The notes under the pieces: model-generated | The model's input: the letters and a program-made list of their open reading frames with translations, nothing else | Told to the model about the DNA's origin: nothing | The model's database searches: none | Program-made: the position numbers and the translations under genes | Virus record (IMG/VR): IMGVR_UViG_2684623061_000002 | Span: 1-64,000 of that record | Strand: one strand, 5' to 3' | Source: a virus | Lineage: Duplodnaviria > Caudoviricetes | DNA length: 64,000 nucleotides | Part shown: positions 28,935-38,512 of the stretch, one piece after another | Numbering within the stretch: position 1 is the first letter of the stretch | Layout: each line of letters begins with the position of its first letter

Positions 28935-30695
28935 ATGCTTTCTTTCGCGCCTGCACCCAACATCGATCACCGCCGAAGCGCCCGCGCCCTGTACTGGCAG
29001 GGGTGGCGCGTCACGGACATTGCAAAGTTCTATGCGCTCGCTAGAACCACGGTCGAAAGCTGGAAACAGCGCGACAAGTGGGATGACGCCTCGCCGATTG
29101 AGCGCTTGGAATCGTCCATTGAGGCGCGAGTGGTGCAGCTCGTCCACAAAGAGCCGAAGACCGGTAGCGACTACAAAGAAATAGACCTGTTGTGTCGGCA
29201 GATCGAGCGAACGGCGCGGGTTCGACGCTACAGCGAGCCCGGCGGACACGAAGGCGATTTGAATCCGAATATCGCCAAGCGTAATGCCAAGCCGAAGCGC
29301 AAGCCGGTGCGCAACGCGTTCAGTGAGGAACAGCAGGCAAAGCTTATTGCATCGTTTGACGATCAGCTATTCGGCTATCAACGGTATTGGCGCAAGAACG
29401 CCTTCGGCGAGCGAATCCGCAACATTCTCAAGTCGCGGCAGATCGGCGCCACGTTCTACTTTGCGCGTGAGGCATTGGTCGATGCGCTGGAAACCGGGCG
29501 CAATCAAATCTTCCTGTCGGCCAGCAAGGCGCAGGCGCATGTCTTTAAACAATACATTGCGCAGTTCGCGCAGACCGTCGATGTAGACCTCACCGGCGAT
29601 CCGATCATTCTGCCGAACGGCGCGACGCTGTATTTCCTCGGCACCAACGTGCGGACGGCGCAGAGCTATCACGGCAACCTGTACTTTGACGAGTACTTTT
29701 GGACGCATCAGTTCGAAGAACTGCGCAAGGTCGCGGCCGGCATGGCGCTGCATAAGCACTGGCGGCAAACGTATTTCTCTACGCCGTCCAGCGTCACGCA
29801 TCAAGCCTATGCGTTCTGGACGGGTGCCGCGTTCAACAAGGGACGAAGGAAAGAGGATCGGGTCAAGGTTGACGTGTCGCACGAAGCGCTGCGCGACGGT
29901 CGCATGTGCGCGGACGGCCAGTGGCGCCAGATCGTCACCATTGAGGACGCGCTACGCCAGGGTTGCAACCTGTTCGACCTCGATCAATTGCGCTTGGAGT
30001 ACAGCCCGGACGAATGGGCGAACTTGCTTATGTGCGAGTTCGTGGACGACACGCTGTCGGTGTTCCCGCTCGCGGAGATGCAGCGCTGCTTTGTCGATTC
30101 TTGGAGCGTATGGGACGACTTCAAACCGTTTGCGCTGCGACCGCTCGGCCATCGTGAGGTGTGGGTCGGCTATGACCCGGCCTTGACCGGCGACAGCGCC
30201 GGGCTGGTCGTGGTCGCGCCACCGCTGGTGCCGGGCGGGAAGTTCCGCCTGTTGGAAAAGCACCAATGGCGCGGAATGGACTTCAAGACCCAAGCCGAGC
30301 GCATCCGCAAAATTACGCAGCAATACAACGTGACCTATATCGGCGTGGACGCAACCGGAGTGGGTGCCGGCGTGTTCCCGCTGGTGCGTGACTTCTTCCC
30401 TAGCGTTCGGAACATCACGTACTCGGTCGAGACTAAAACCCGAATGGTGTTGAAAGCCAAAGACGTTATTTCCAGCGGACGTTTGGAGTTCGACGCCGCG
30501 TGGACGGATATCGCGCAGGCGTTTATGTCGATCCACAAGGCTCTCACCGCGACCGGCCGGCAGGCCACTTATGAAGCCAGCCGCAGCGACGACATAGGTC
30601 ACGCCGATTTGGCGTGGGCCGTGATGCACGCGCTGGACAACGAACCCTTAGAGGGCATGACCGCCCGCCATCGATCCATTGTGGAGATAATTTAA
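28935..30695 (+). CDS. Terminase ATPase subunit (gpP-like)
   Basis: LYWQG, ILKSRQIGAT, DEYFW, HADLAWA. Confidence 0.97.
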   Translation: MLSFAPAPNIDHRRSARALYWQGWRVTDIAKFYALARTTVESWKQRDKWDDASPIERLESSIEARVVQLVHKEPKTGSDYKEIDLLCRQIERTARVRRYSEPGGHEGDLNPNIAKRNAKPKRKPVRNAFSEEQQAKLIASFDDQLFGYQRYWRKNAFGERIRNILKSRQIGATFYFAREALVDALETGRNQIFLSASKAQAHVFKQYIAQFAQTVDVDLTGDPIILPNGATLYFLGTNVRTAQSYHGNLYFDEYFWTHQFEELRKVAAGMALHKHWRQTYFSTPSSVTHQAYAFWTGAAFNKGRRKEDRVKVDVSHEALRDGRMCADGQWRQIVTIEDALRQGCNLFDLDQLRLEYSPDEWANLLMCEFVDDTLSVFPLAEMQRCFVDSWSVWDDFKPFALRPLGHREVWVGYDPALTGDSAGLVVVAPPLVPGGKFRLLEKHQWRGMDFKTQAERIRKITQQYNVTYIGVDATGVGAGVFPLVRDFFPSVRNITYSVETKTRMVLKAKDVISSGRLEFDAAWTDIAQAFMSIHKALTATGRQATYEASRSDDIGHADLAWAVMHALDNEPLEGMTARHRSIVEII

Positions 30696-31714
30696 TGAGT
30701 GCTGTTGTGCCTGCGGAAGCGGAAGCCACTACGAAGGCCAAGGCGCAAGCCTTCAGCTTCGGCGAGCCGATACCCGTGCTGGACAAGCGCGGTTTGCTGG
30801 AGCACCTGGAATGCGTGCGTAATGGCAAGTGGTACGAACCGCCAGTGTCGCTGGACGGGCTCGCGCGAGCGTTTCGGTCGAGTCCGCATCACGCGTCCGC
30901 CATGTATACGAAGTGCAATATTTTGGTGTCCACCTTCGTGCCGCATCGCTTGCTCAGTGGCGATCAATTCGAAAAACTGGCGCTTGACACGATTGCGCTC
31001 GGCAATGGCTATCTAGAGCGGCGGGACGCGCGGAGCCGCAAGCCCTTGGCGCTGAAACATGCGCTTGCGAAGTTCGTTCGGCGGGGCGTTGACGATGGTC
31101 GATACTTCTTCGTGCGCGGCTGGGAAGATGAACACGAATTCGCGACCGACAGCGTCTTTCACGTGATGGAACCGGACATCAATCAAGAGATATACGGCGT
31201 GCCGCAGTACGTGAGTGCGTTGCAATCGGCGCTGTTGAACGAGTCCGCGACGTTGTTCCGACGCAAGTATTATCTCAACGGCAGTCATGCCGGTTTCATT
31301 ATGTACGTCAACGATGCGGCGCAGGATCAGGCCGACATTGATGCGATGCGCAATGCGCTACGCGATGCCAAGGGCGTCGGCAACTTTCGCAATCTGTTCC
31401 TGTACTCGCCGAATGGCAAGAAAGACGGCGTGCAGGTCATCCCGATTAGCGAAGTCGCGGCGAAGGATGAATTTCTAGGCATCAAGGGGGCGACGCGCGA
31501 TGACGTACTCGCCGCGCATCGCGTGCCGCCGCAGTTGCTGGGCATCGTGCCGAACAATACAGGCGGCTTCGGCGACGTCGAGAAAGCCGCCCGCGTGTTT
31601 GCGCGAAATGAACTGCTGCCGCTGCAAACTCGATTCCAAAGAATTAATGATTGGATTGGGGATGAGGTCATTAAGTTTTTGCCTTATGACCTTGATATGG
31701 CTAGTGGCAAATAG
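30695..31714 (+). CDS. Portal protein (gpQ/PBSX family)
   Basis: WYEPPVS, QEIYG.P.Y, FRRKYY.NGSHAG, AHRVPPQL; TAATG-coupled. Confidence 0.96.
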   Translation: MSAVVPAEAEATTKAKAQAFSFGEPIPVLDKRGLLEHLECVRNGKWYEPPVSLDGLARAFRSSPHHASAMYTKCNILVSTFVPHRLLSGDQFEKLALDTIALGNGYLERRDARSRKPLALKHALAKFVRRGVDDGRYFFVRGWEDEHEFATDSVFHVMEPDINQEIYGVPQYVSALQSALLNESATLFRRKYYLNGSHAGFIMYVNDAAQDQADIDAMRNALRDAKGVGNFRNLFLYSPNGKKDGVQVIPISEVAAKDEFLGIKGATRDDVLAAHRVPPQLLGIVPNNTGGFGDVEKAARVFARNELLPLQTRFQRINDWIGDEVIKFLPYDLDMASGK

Positions 31715-31741
31715 TCGATGCCAACCGCCACTTGATGAGGA

Positions 31742-32488
31742 CTATTCGCCAGTCGGCTTCCTCGTCTGTTTTCGCGTCTTCTTCAATGGGGGCGGCTCCG
31801 CAACGGGAGTAGGAACTGGGCCCGGGAGCGGGAGCGGGAGCGGGAGCGATGACGGCAACTGCGCCTTTCCTTCCCGGACAAATCCCGCGAGAATTTTCAA
31901 TCGGCGGTAGTGGCTCGCGAGTAGCTTAGATGCAACCTCAGTGCTCTTTGTCCTTTCAGCAAGCAACTCGAATCCTTCGAATTTAATGGCTTTCGCTAGC
32001 TCTTTCGAAAGCTTTGTCAGTTCCTGAACCTCTTGCAGCGTAAGCTTCAGTTCCAGTACTCGCTTCTCTCGTCTACGAAGCGAGACGGCTGCGAAAATTT
32101 TTGTTATTTGGTCATAAGCCTTCGCTGCTGTGACTGTCATGCCTATCAAGCTCATGACTGCACCACCAATCTTTAGTGCGGGCGCTATGTGTAACAAGAG
32201 ATCCATGTAGCCAGGCGAGGCGTACCGGATCTCTGCAACCAATGGTCGATGACGAACATTCACTTGGTTTTCTAGGACGGTGTAGATATTTACATACGAG
32301 TAACCGCCTTTCCACGGGTACTCCTGGAGCGCGTAGTTGATTCGCTCCGCGTCATACGCTGGCAAGTCGGAGTCAAAGCAGTAAACGAATGCATACACCT
32401 GTATGAACGCGTGAGGGAAGTCGTACAGGTCTCTTAACTTCCACCTTTCATCCATCCCTACTCTGTATCTCGCCGGTTCTGACTGCAT
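31742..32488 (-). CDS. Moron, hypothetical protein
   Basis: 248 aa, low GC, convergent with portal; I.YASPG motif followed by a hydrophobic helix. Confidence 0.75.
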   Translation of the reverse strand: MQSEPARYRVGMDERWKLRDLYDFPHAFIQVYAFVYCFDSDLPAYDAERINYALQEYPWKGGYSYVNIYTVLENQVNVRHRPLVAEIRYASPGYMDLLLHIAPALKIGGAVMSLIGMTVTAAKAYDQITKIFAAVSLRRREKRVLELKLTLQEVQELTKLSKELAKAIKFEGFELLAERTKSTEVASKLLASHYRRLKILAGFVREGKAQLPSSLPLPLPLPGPVPTPVAEPPPLKKTRKQTRKPTGE

Positions 32489-32583
32489 AGCTTCCTCCCG
32501 AAGCGTAGTTCTCGTTAGCGCCTTGATGCCAGATTGGCTAACTTTGGGGAAAGCTGCTCACCCCTAGTTAACCTAACGAACGG

Positions 32584-35500
32584 TTACAACTGTGGTCGCA
32601 TTGCGTCGGTTTGCTTTTGGTTTTGCTGTTGCTCTGTCAACGCTCGCTCTTGGGTCTGTTGCTGTTCGTAATGCTGGCTTAGCGTCTGCGCCTCGCGCAA
32701 CGAGTCTTGCATCGGCGGCGCCGGCCCTTTCGCATCGACGCCAGCACGATATCCTGGCGTAACGCTGCCGACCCATAGCGTGCCATCCGCGACGCCAACT
32801 TGTCCCAGCCGGTCAACGTCCGGTATGCCGTTGCGCTTTGCTTCCACCATCGCGAGCGCGACGGTTTCATCCGATACGTTCGGCGCGCCACCGCGAATCC
32901 TGGCGAACATTGCTTGATCTTTCAGGCTTAGCTGCGACAGATCGAATGGCTCGGGGGGACGATCCGGCGCCGACCGTGCAGGCTCGTGCGTGCGATCCTC
33001 CTCATGTCTAGCGGTTGCGCGTGAGGATGCTGCGTGTCCGGGCGCATAGGCGAATGGTTCGGTGACCGGTGGCGGCTCGTGGGTTTGCGCCGTTACGGCC
33101 GATTCGTTCGAGGCTGTTTCCCGCGACGGCGAGCGGGATTGCGTTTCGGGTGGCGAGCGGTCGGGGAACCGCGCGTCCTGCGTGTCATCGCTGGCCGCTG
33201 TAGGTGGGCGGTGTTCGTGTACGGGCCGCGTAGGCGCTTCGTAGGGCGGGGGAGTGGCGACGGCGGCGGGTGCCGCGGTTGCCAGGGGCTCGGCACGAGG
33301 CGCGGTGCGGAGAGGCTCCTGTAATGGCTCGGGCGCGTCCGCGCCGCCGACCTTGGATGATTCGATACGCGCGTGTTGTGCCGCCGACAACGCTTGCTGC
33401 GTCGCCGGGTCGGTCATGCCAGTATCGGCTATCCCTTGATCGCGCTGGAACTGGCGCACGGCCTGTTCGGTCTTGGCGTCGTACTGTCCCGTTTGCGGCA
33501 AGGGCTCGCCTTCGGGACCGCGATAGCCGACTCGGTCCAGACGGTACTGCAAAAATTTAACTTCCTGACCTTCGCTGCCCGGACGCAATACATCGTCCGG
33601 GGCCGACGCGGCGGCGCTGGGCGGGTTGACTGCCGCATCCGGCGCGGGGCGGGCCGGTTCCGACCGTGTGACCGGCGAAACCACGTTAGCGGGTGCCGCT
33701 TGATGTTGTGCTGGCGCTGGCGTTTCCGCTTGTGGGGTCGGCTCCGGTTTGGCCGGTTCTGGTTCGGGTGCGAGTTCGACGGTAGGCGCAGCGGCGACCA
33801 CCGCAGGGGCGGGGCTGAATGACCGCTCACGTTCTGGACTGCTGTCCGTCAGCGTGACCGAAGGCGCTTCCGTGTGTGCGGATGGCCTATCGATCGGTAT
33901 CGAATCCGCGCGAGGTGCAGCGGGCGAAGTGGCCTGCGCGGCCGCTTGTTGCGCGACTTGCTGCACTCGGTCATGCGACAAACCTTCCCGATTGGCTTCG
34001 CGTAACGCTTGCTCCTGGGCCTCGCGTTGTTGCGGCGATAGCGCAGCTATCCGCAGTTCTGGGGTGTCCGGGATCAACGCAGGTGGCGCCCGGAGGTCCA
34101 CCATAGCCAACGCAATTTCGTCTCTACTCGTCACCGCCGCCACATGCACGACGCCCGCGCTATCAGCGCGCAGATGCGTGATGGGACTGTTTACGTCGTA
34201 TTTTTTCTCTGCGTTGGGTTCCAAGGACAGCGACGAAGTGGCGCGGTCTATGCCGTGTACGTCGCGCGTCCGCTCGACGGCTTCCAGCGCTGCGGCTAAA
34301 TGCTCCGGGTCCGGTTTGACACCGAACGCGTGATAGGTCGAAACTAAATTGTCCCGGTCTTGTTCCTCGCGCGTCGGCGGTTGCCATTGCGGTATCGCTG
34401 CCGTCTGCTGCTTGTGCTGCGCCAACTGCGGCTCCAAGGCGGCGCGTGTTCTGTCCAATTCCAGGCGCAAATTGCCCTGCGCAATGTCGCCGGATTCACC
34501 TTCACGGTGCCATTGCCCCCTGTCATTGTGGCGGTATTGATTGCCATCCGAAGCGGTGAGCGTGTCGGCGTTCAGTACTGCGCTGACGGCGGGTAGCTTC
34601 GCACCGAACGAAGCCCAGCCGGCTGAGGTATAGGCCAAGTCATAGCGCGCAGCAATCGGAGCTGGGCCGTTGGCGATGTTGTCCCGGATCACTTGCTCCG
34701 ATACCGCGTTAAGCTCCTCTGCGCGCTCCGGTGTCGCAGTTTCGGAACGCGTCATGGGCACGCCGCGCTGTTCAAAGCCGATGACTACGTCTCGATTCCA
34801 TTCGCCGGTACGCGGGTTGTGCTCCCAGTCGGCGCGTTGCAGGCTCGGCGTATCGCTTCGCACGGCCCGGAGTGTGTACGGATCGCGCGGTGGTTCTAGG
34901 TTTCTCGGCGCTAGTGCTAGTGCAGTTGCGGCGTTGCTCGCCCGATAGCTCAGTTCGCGGGCCTTCTCAGGTAGTGCGGAAAACTCCTGTTCAACGGGTT
35001 TATCTGCGCCGTCGTCGCGAAGGTCGGCCTGTTGATCGCGGACCCATTGCCGGCCATTGAAGCTCCAATCTACGTCGTCGCGGTCGGTTTGATTAAAGAC
35101 CCTGTGGTCATCCCACATTTTTGCGGCCTTCTCGCCCACGTAGCTTCCGGATATTGCGCCGACCGCGATAAAGCCAATCACGCCCGGTCCCGTCCAACTG
35201 CCAGCGGCGAGGCCCGAAGCGGCGCCACCGACCCAGCCGCCGACACCGACGCCTGCGTAATGCGCCATTTGCGACTGAGCTGCAAGTGGGTTGTCTTGCG
35301 CAAGTGACCTTGCGGTTCGCTCGCCGGCCTCGGCGGCGTCAACGACGCCAGCGACTAAACCGGCGCCGACGACGGCCTTAATCGCCGCGCCGCGTCCGAT
35401 GGCTCGCGTGGCCGAGCGCTCCGTGGTGGCTAAGTCAGCCTCGATGTGAAGCGCAAACGTCGCGCGAAGTTCCGTGACGCTGGACTCCGAAACCGTCAAG

Positions 35501-36150
35501 CGCCCCGCGCCATGAGCTTGATTGATCGCATCGCGCAGCGTGAGGTGGCCATCGATGCCTTCGCCTTTCGTAGGCTTGAGGCTAGGCTGATTTACCGCTC
35601 GTACTGTTGCGAGAACATTCTTCTCAGACTGAACAACCGCAGCCCACTCCGACTCAGGCATAGGCAGTTTGTTGACCTGACTAATTTGTGTGGCATGGGA
35701 CCGGGCGTATCCCTCGACATCGTCGAAAAAATCTTGTGTTTTCAGCCTGGACTGCGCGGAAGTCATTCCGGCCGGAGTGTTCGTATAGACGTCGCCATTT
35801 ATCAATGCGACCTTGAGTGTGTCCTGCAGATGATGCACACGCTCAACCACGCGCTCGGCAGCGGCGCGATCCCCGTTGAGCGCGGCCTTTCCATCCTTGG
35901 TTGCGGAGATCTCGTTTAGCTGAAATAGAACCCCGTCCGAGTACGCCTTGAAGTGGCCTCCCGTGTGAGGACTCACTCCCAACGTGCCGGCGAGCACTTT
36001 GTCATCGGGTAGATAAATCGTGTTGCGGGGACTATCGAGATCGTGCAGCCCCATTGCCTTAAGCTTTTGTAAGAGCGGGCTTCGGTCGAAAGCCTTGTTC
36101 TGCTCGATACAGTGATGCCACTCGAAGACGTGGCGCTCTGGCGAATTCAT
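32584..36150 (-). CDS. AHH/HNH-type nuclease toxin with peptidoglycan-binding domain and XVIPCD-like C-terminus (X-T4SS effector)
   Basis: HHCIE...LDSPRNTIYLP...PHTGGH..Y; LRPGSEGQEVKFLQ.RL...TEQAVRQFQ; DQAMF..IR...AKRNGI..VD.L followed by a Q-rich tail. Confidence 0.82.
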   Translation of the reverse strand: MNSPERHVFEWHHCIEQNKAFDRSPLLQKLKAMGLHDLDSPRNTIYLPDDKVLAGTLGVSPHTGGHFKAYSDGVLFQLNEISATKDGKAALNGDRAAAERVVERVHHLQDTLKVALINGDVYTNTPAGMTSAQSRLKTQDFFDDVEGYARSHATQISQVNKLPMPESEWAAVVQSEKNVLATVRAVNQPSLKPTKGEGIDGHLTLRDAINQAHGAGRLTVSESSVTELRATFALHIEADLATTERSATRAIGRGAAIKAVVGAGLVAGVVDAAEAGERTARSLAQDNPLAAQSQMAHYAGVGVGGWVGGAASGLAAGSWTGPGVIGFIAVGAISGSYVGEKAAKMWDDHRVFNQTDRDDVDWSFNGRQWVRDQQADLRDDGADKPVEQEFSALPEKARELSYRASNAATALALAPRNLEPPRDPYTLRAVRSDTPSLQRADWEHNPRTGEWNRDVVIGFEQRGVPMTRSETATPERAEELNAVSEQVIRDNIANGPAPIAARYDLAYTSAGWASFGAKLPAVSAVLNADTLTASDGNQYRHNDRGQWHREGESGDIAQGNLRLELDRTRAALEPQLAQHKQQTAAIPQWQPPTREEQDRDNLVSTYHAFGVKPDPEHLAAALEAVERTRDVHGIDRATSSLSLEPNAEKKYDVNSPITHLRADSAGVVHVAAVTSRDEIALAMVDLRAPPALIPDTPELRIAALSPQQREAQEQALREANREGLSHDRVQQVAQQAAAQATSPAAPRADSIPIDRPSAHTEAPSVTLTDSSPERERSFSPAPAVVAAAPTVELAPEPEPAKPEPTPQAETPAPAQHQAAPANVVSPVTRSEPARPAPDAAVNPPSAAASAPDDVLRPGSEGQEVKFLQYRLDRVGYRGPEGEPLPQTGQYDAKTEQAVRQFQRDQGIADTGMTDPATQQALSAAQHARIESSKVGGADAPEPLQEPLRTAPRAEPLATAAPAAVATPPPYEAPTRPVHEHRPPTAASDDTQDARFPDRSPPETQSRSPSRETASNESAVTAQTHEPPPVTEPFAYAPGHAASSRATARHEEDRTHEPARSAPDRPPEPFDLSQLSLKDQAMFARIRGGAPNVSDETVALAMVEAKRNGIPDVDRLGQVGVADGTLWVGSVTPGYRAGVDAKGPAPPMQDSLREAQTLSQHYEQQQTQERALTEQQQNQKQTDAMRPQL

Positions 36151-36201
36151 GCGGCGTATCCCTGCCTAAATGCGATACCTGGGGTTTGCGATAAGGACCA
36201 A

Positions 36202-36858
36202 TCAATCCTTGGTCATGTCGATAAAGCGGATGCCAGTAAATCCATGTCCGCCAAGCGCGTTTCGCGTCACCCAGTCGCAGAATACGAAGTCCCCCGAATA
36301 CGGTGTTCTGAAGACGTGAGCGGCGCCCAGTACGTCACTCTTGAACACCAGATTGACGTTCCCTCCCAGACGGTAATACTTGCCGTTGTCGTACTCGTCA
36401 CTCACAACGACTCGGAGCCTTGAGCGCTCTTCGTCCACGGCGTCCAGTTCGCGAACGACATCGCACAAGAAGCGTTGAGGCCCAGGTGTTCCGTCAGGTA
36501 GCGTGAAGTCGCATGCAACGAATGCAAAGCCTTGGGGATCGACCGTCTCTAGCGCGTTCTTCAACGGCTCCGAGACAAGCCAATACCCACTCAGGCTGGC
36601 CTCAAGATCGCGGGGCATGTCGCCTGCGTCCGGGTCATAAACAAGATGAGGCTTTTCTGGCATCGCCGGGAACCCACCGCTCTCCGGCCGAATAATTAAG
36701 CGGGGCGGGCTCAGCAACTTGTCTTCATTAGCGATCACGACGCCGTGTCCTGGACCCTCGCCACGTATGTCCGTGTCGATGATGAAGAACTTCCCCTGCT
36801 TGGGAACACGCTGCGTATCGGTTTGCATAGCGGCTGCGCTCATCATTACGGTTTCCAT
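36202..36858 (-). CDS. Immunity protein (DUF1629/Imm11-like)
   Basis: GYWLVSE.LK....VDP..FAF..CD motif; immediately upstream of the toxin; exact start uncertain. Confidence 0.8.
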   Translation of the reverse strand: METVMMSAAAMQTDTQRVPKQGKFFIIDTDIRGEGPGHGVVIANEDKLLSPPRLIIRPESGGFPAMPEKPHLVYDPDAGDMPRDLEASLSGYWLVSEPLKNALETVDPQGFAFVACDFTLPDGTPGPQRFLCDVVRELDAVDEERSRLRVVVSDEYDNGKYYRLGGNVNLVFKSDVLGAAHVFRTPYSGDFVFCDWVTRNALGGHGFTGIRFIDMTKD

Positions 36859-37012
36859 CCTGGATTGCAGCGAGTATCGCCTATGCGTTGCGCCGCTGGC
36901 ATAGGATTTTTCCTACGCGAGGGTAAGGGCCACCCTCACGGAACTGTTGATGTGCCAAAGGAGCACAGACCTGCGCCTTGTGGCATAGGCGGCAGCCAGC
37001 GGCGCTGGCGCG

Positions 37013-37033
37013 CGGTCGAGACCCCGCCACGCC
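37013..37033 (-). other. Putative cohesive end site (cos)
   Basis: Minus strand GGCGTGGCGGGGTCTCGACCG; GGCG(T/A)GGCGGGG is the P2/186-family cos signature; lies distal to the portal gene. Confidence 0.75.
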
Positions 37034-37235
37034 TTCCCGCTACTTGTGTGCCTTTCGACTCAAATCACTGAGCCGGGCGCGCGCCCCGCCCGGAATGGCG
37101 ATAGATGTGCTCGGCGATGGCATTTTTTCGACGCGATTAGACGCACGCAAGGCGGTTTTTTGGCGCTGCGGCGAGCGCTCTCGATCGGTCGGTGAAATGA
37201 GCGGAAATCGCGGCTCTTTCCAGGCCAGGGGAGGG

Positions 37236-37536
37236 GCCATCGGAAAACGGTAACCTCATCGGGAAGGCCCGTTTTTTACTCGTAAGCCTATGATATTACA
37301 ACGATTATCAGGTTACCGCTGGGAGGTAATTTTCGGTAACTCGTCCGGTAACCGATGCGTAAGTAATTGATTTTAAAGAAGGTGCTAAGGCCGGGAGATT
37401 ACCTATACCTAGAGGTAATTAATTACCTTCTAGTTACTCTAATGGTTACCGCCGCCCTTCGCTGTAAGTCATTGTTGATATTAGGAAAAGCAGTTGCACG
37501 GAGCCCACGTTACCGATGTTACCGATTTCCGATGGC
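37236..37536. repeat. AT-rich iteron array bounded by 19-bp inverted repeats (candidate replication origin)
   Basis: About 12 GGTAA(C/T) / (G/A)TTACC copies, central palindrome AGGTAATTAATTACCT, IHF consensus at 37360-37372. Confidence 0.65.
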
Positions 37537-37620
37537 GCCCCAAATATTCTGGACTCATATAGCTCCGGCCAAAGTCTGCACAATCTCAGGCTGTAAGACG
37601 CTGGCCGCTACGATAGCTTC

Positions 37621-37920
37621 ATGCCTTCTTGTCTTGTTCGATACCGGGTCGTGATCGCGCCGCGTGGCCCCCGTGGCGCTGATCCTGCGCACGGCGTCGC
37701 CGGCACCGCCCAGGTTGATGAGGAATGGGAGCCCGACGAATGGGGCGATCCCGGTCGTTGCATCCGGCGTCGAACCCTCGTAGAGCTGCGCGGCTGTGAT
37801 GGTGGGTGCTATCTCGACCGCGCGCAGGGCCGCTCCGGCTTCTGGCGTATTACGTGCGCGAAAGTCGCCGGTCCGATCCGCTGGGCCGACGTGGCAGGCA
37901 TCGACATGGACCCGTGTTAG
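37621..37920 (+). CDS. Hypothetical protein
   Basis: 99-aa ORF between the iteron region and the retron promoter. Confidence 0.45.
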   Translation: MPSCLVRYRVVIAPRGPRGADPAHGVAGTAQVDEEWEPDEWGDPGRCIRRRTLVELRGCDGGCYLDRAQGRSGFWRITCAKVAGPIRWADVAGIDMDPC

Positions 37921-38011
37921 TTGAGCCTGGCAGGCCACTTATGGGAAGGCGAAGGGGGAGTGAGCAATCGCAAGTGGTCACTTTGGCCATGTCGCTGTGG
38001 GCGAACAAATG

Positions 38012-38040
38012 TTGACTCTGAGCGAACATGCGCGTAACGT
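38012..38040 (+). promoter_or_regulatory. Sigma70 promoter of the retron operon
   Basis: TTGACT-17 nt-TAACGT. Confidence 0.75.
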
Positions 38041-38044
38041 CCGT

Positions 38045-38354
38045 CACAGGTTCGTTAGGTGCTAGGAATCTCGGGTTTCACATCGGGCATTAGCCTGTGG
38101 GGGCGTCACGCTCCTGACCAATGCGGCGTGTCGGTAACAGGTCGAATTTCGATCATGGTCCGAGGGGTCGATACTAAGACCGTTCCCGAGAGGGGAACGG
38201 GGTTGATGATTAGAGGGACACGAAACTTATCTACCTAGTGGTCATAAACATCTTGTTGGAAATCCGAGAGGGCTTCGCAATTCTGCGGAGTCTTTTCAAC
38301 AAGGAGTTTTCTGTTTATGACAATCGATTCAAGCGAGCCTGATAAGTCTCTGTC
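38045..38354 (+). ncRNA. Putative retron ncRNA (msr/msd and translational repressor hairpin)
   Basis: Hairpins at 38099-38114, 38140-38154, 38180-38200 and a long stem 38217-38354 upstream of HTH-RT; boundaries approximate. Confidence 0.7.
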
Positions 38355-38487
38355 GGTCAAAAAGAACCGTCGCAACTGGGCAACATTCTTTGTGACGGTC
38401 GTTCTCACGGTGTCAAGAGTGGTAAGCGTTGCGCGATTCATCGATGACGCGATCCATACAATCCGCGAGTGGCTGACTAACCTTTAA
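38317..38487 (+). CDS. Small 56-aa protein, putative retron toxin (not in the ORF track)
   Basis: AAGGAG RBS at 38301-38306; MTIDSSEPDKSLSVKKNRRNWATFFVTVVLTVSRVVSVARFIDDAIHTIREWLTNL. Confidence 0.75.
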   Translation: MTIDSSEPDKSLSVKKNRRNWATFFVTVVLTVSRVVSVARFIDDAIHTIREWLTNL

Positions 38488-38512
38488 TTCATCTTTATTT
38501 TTGGAGTGCACA

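Noticed and set aside
38235-38441. 68-aa minus-strand ORF in the retron leader
   Set aside because: Antisense to the promoter-driven operon; the plus-strand 56-aa ORF has the RBS and the expected position
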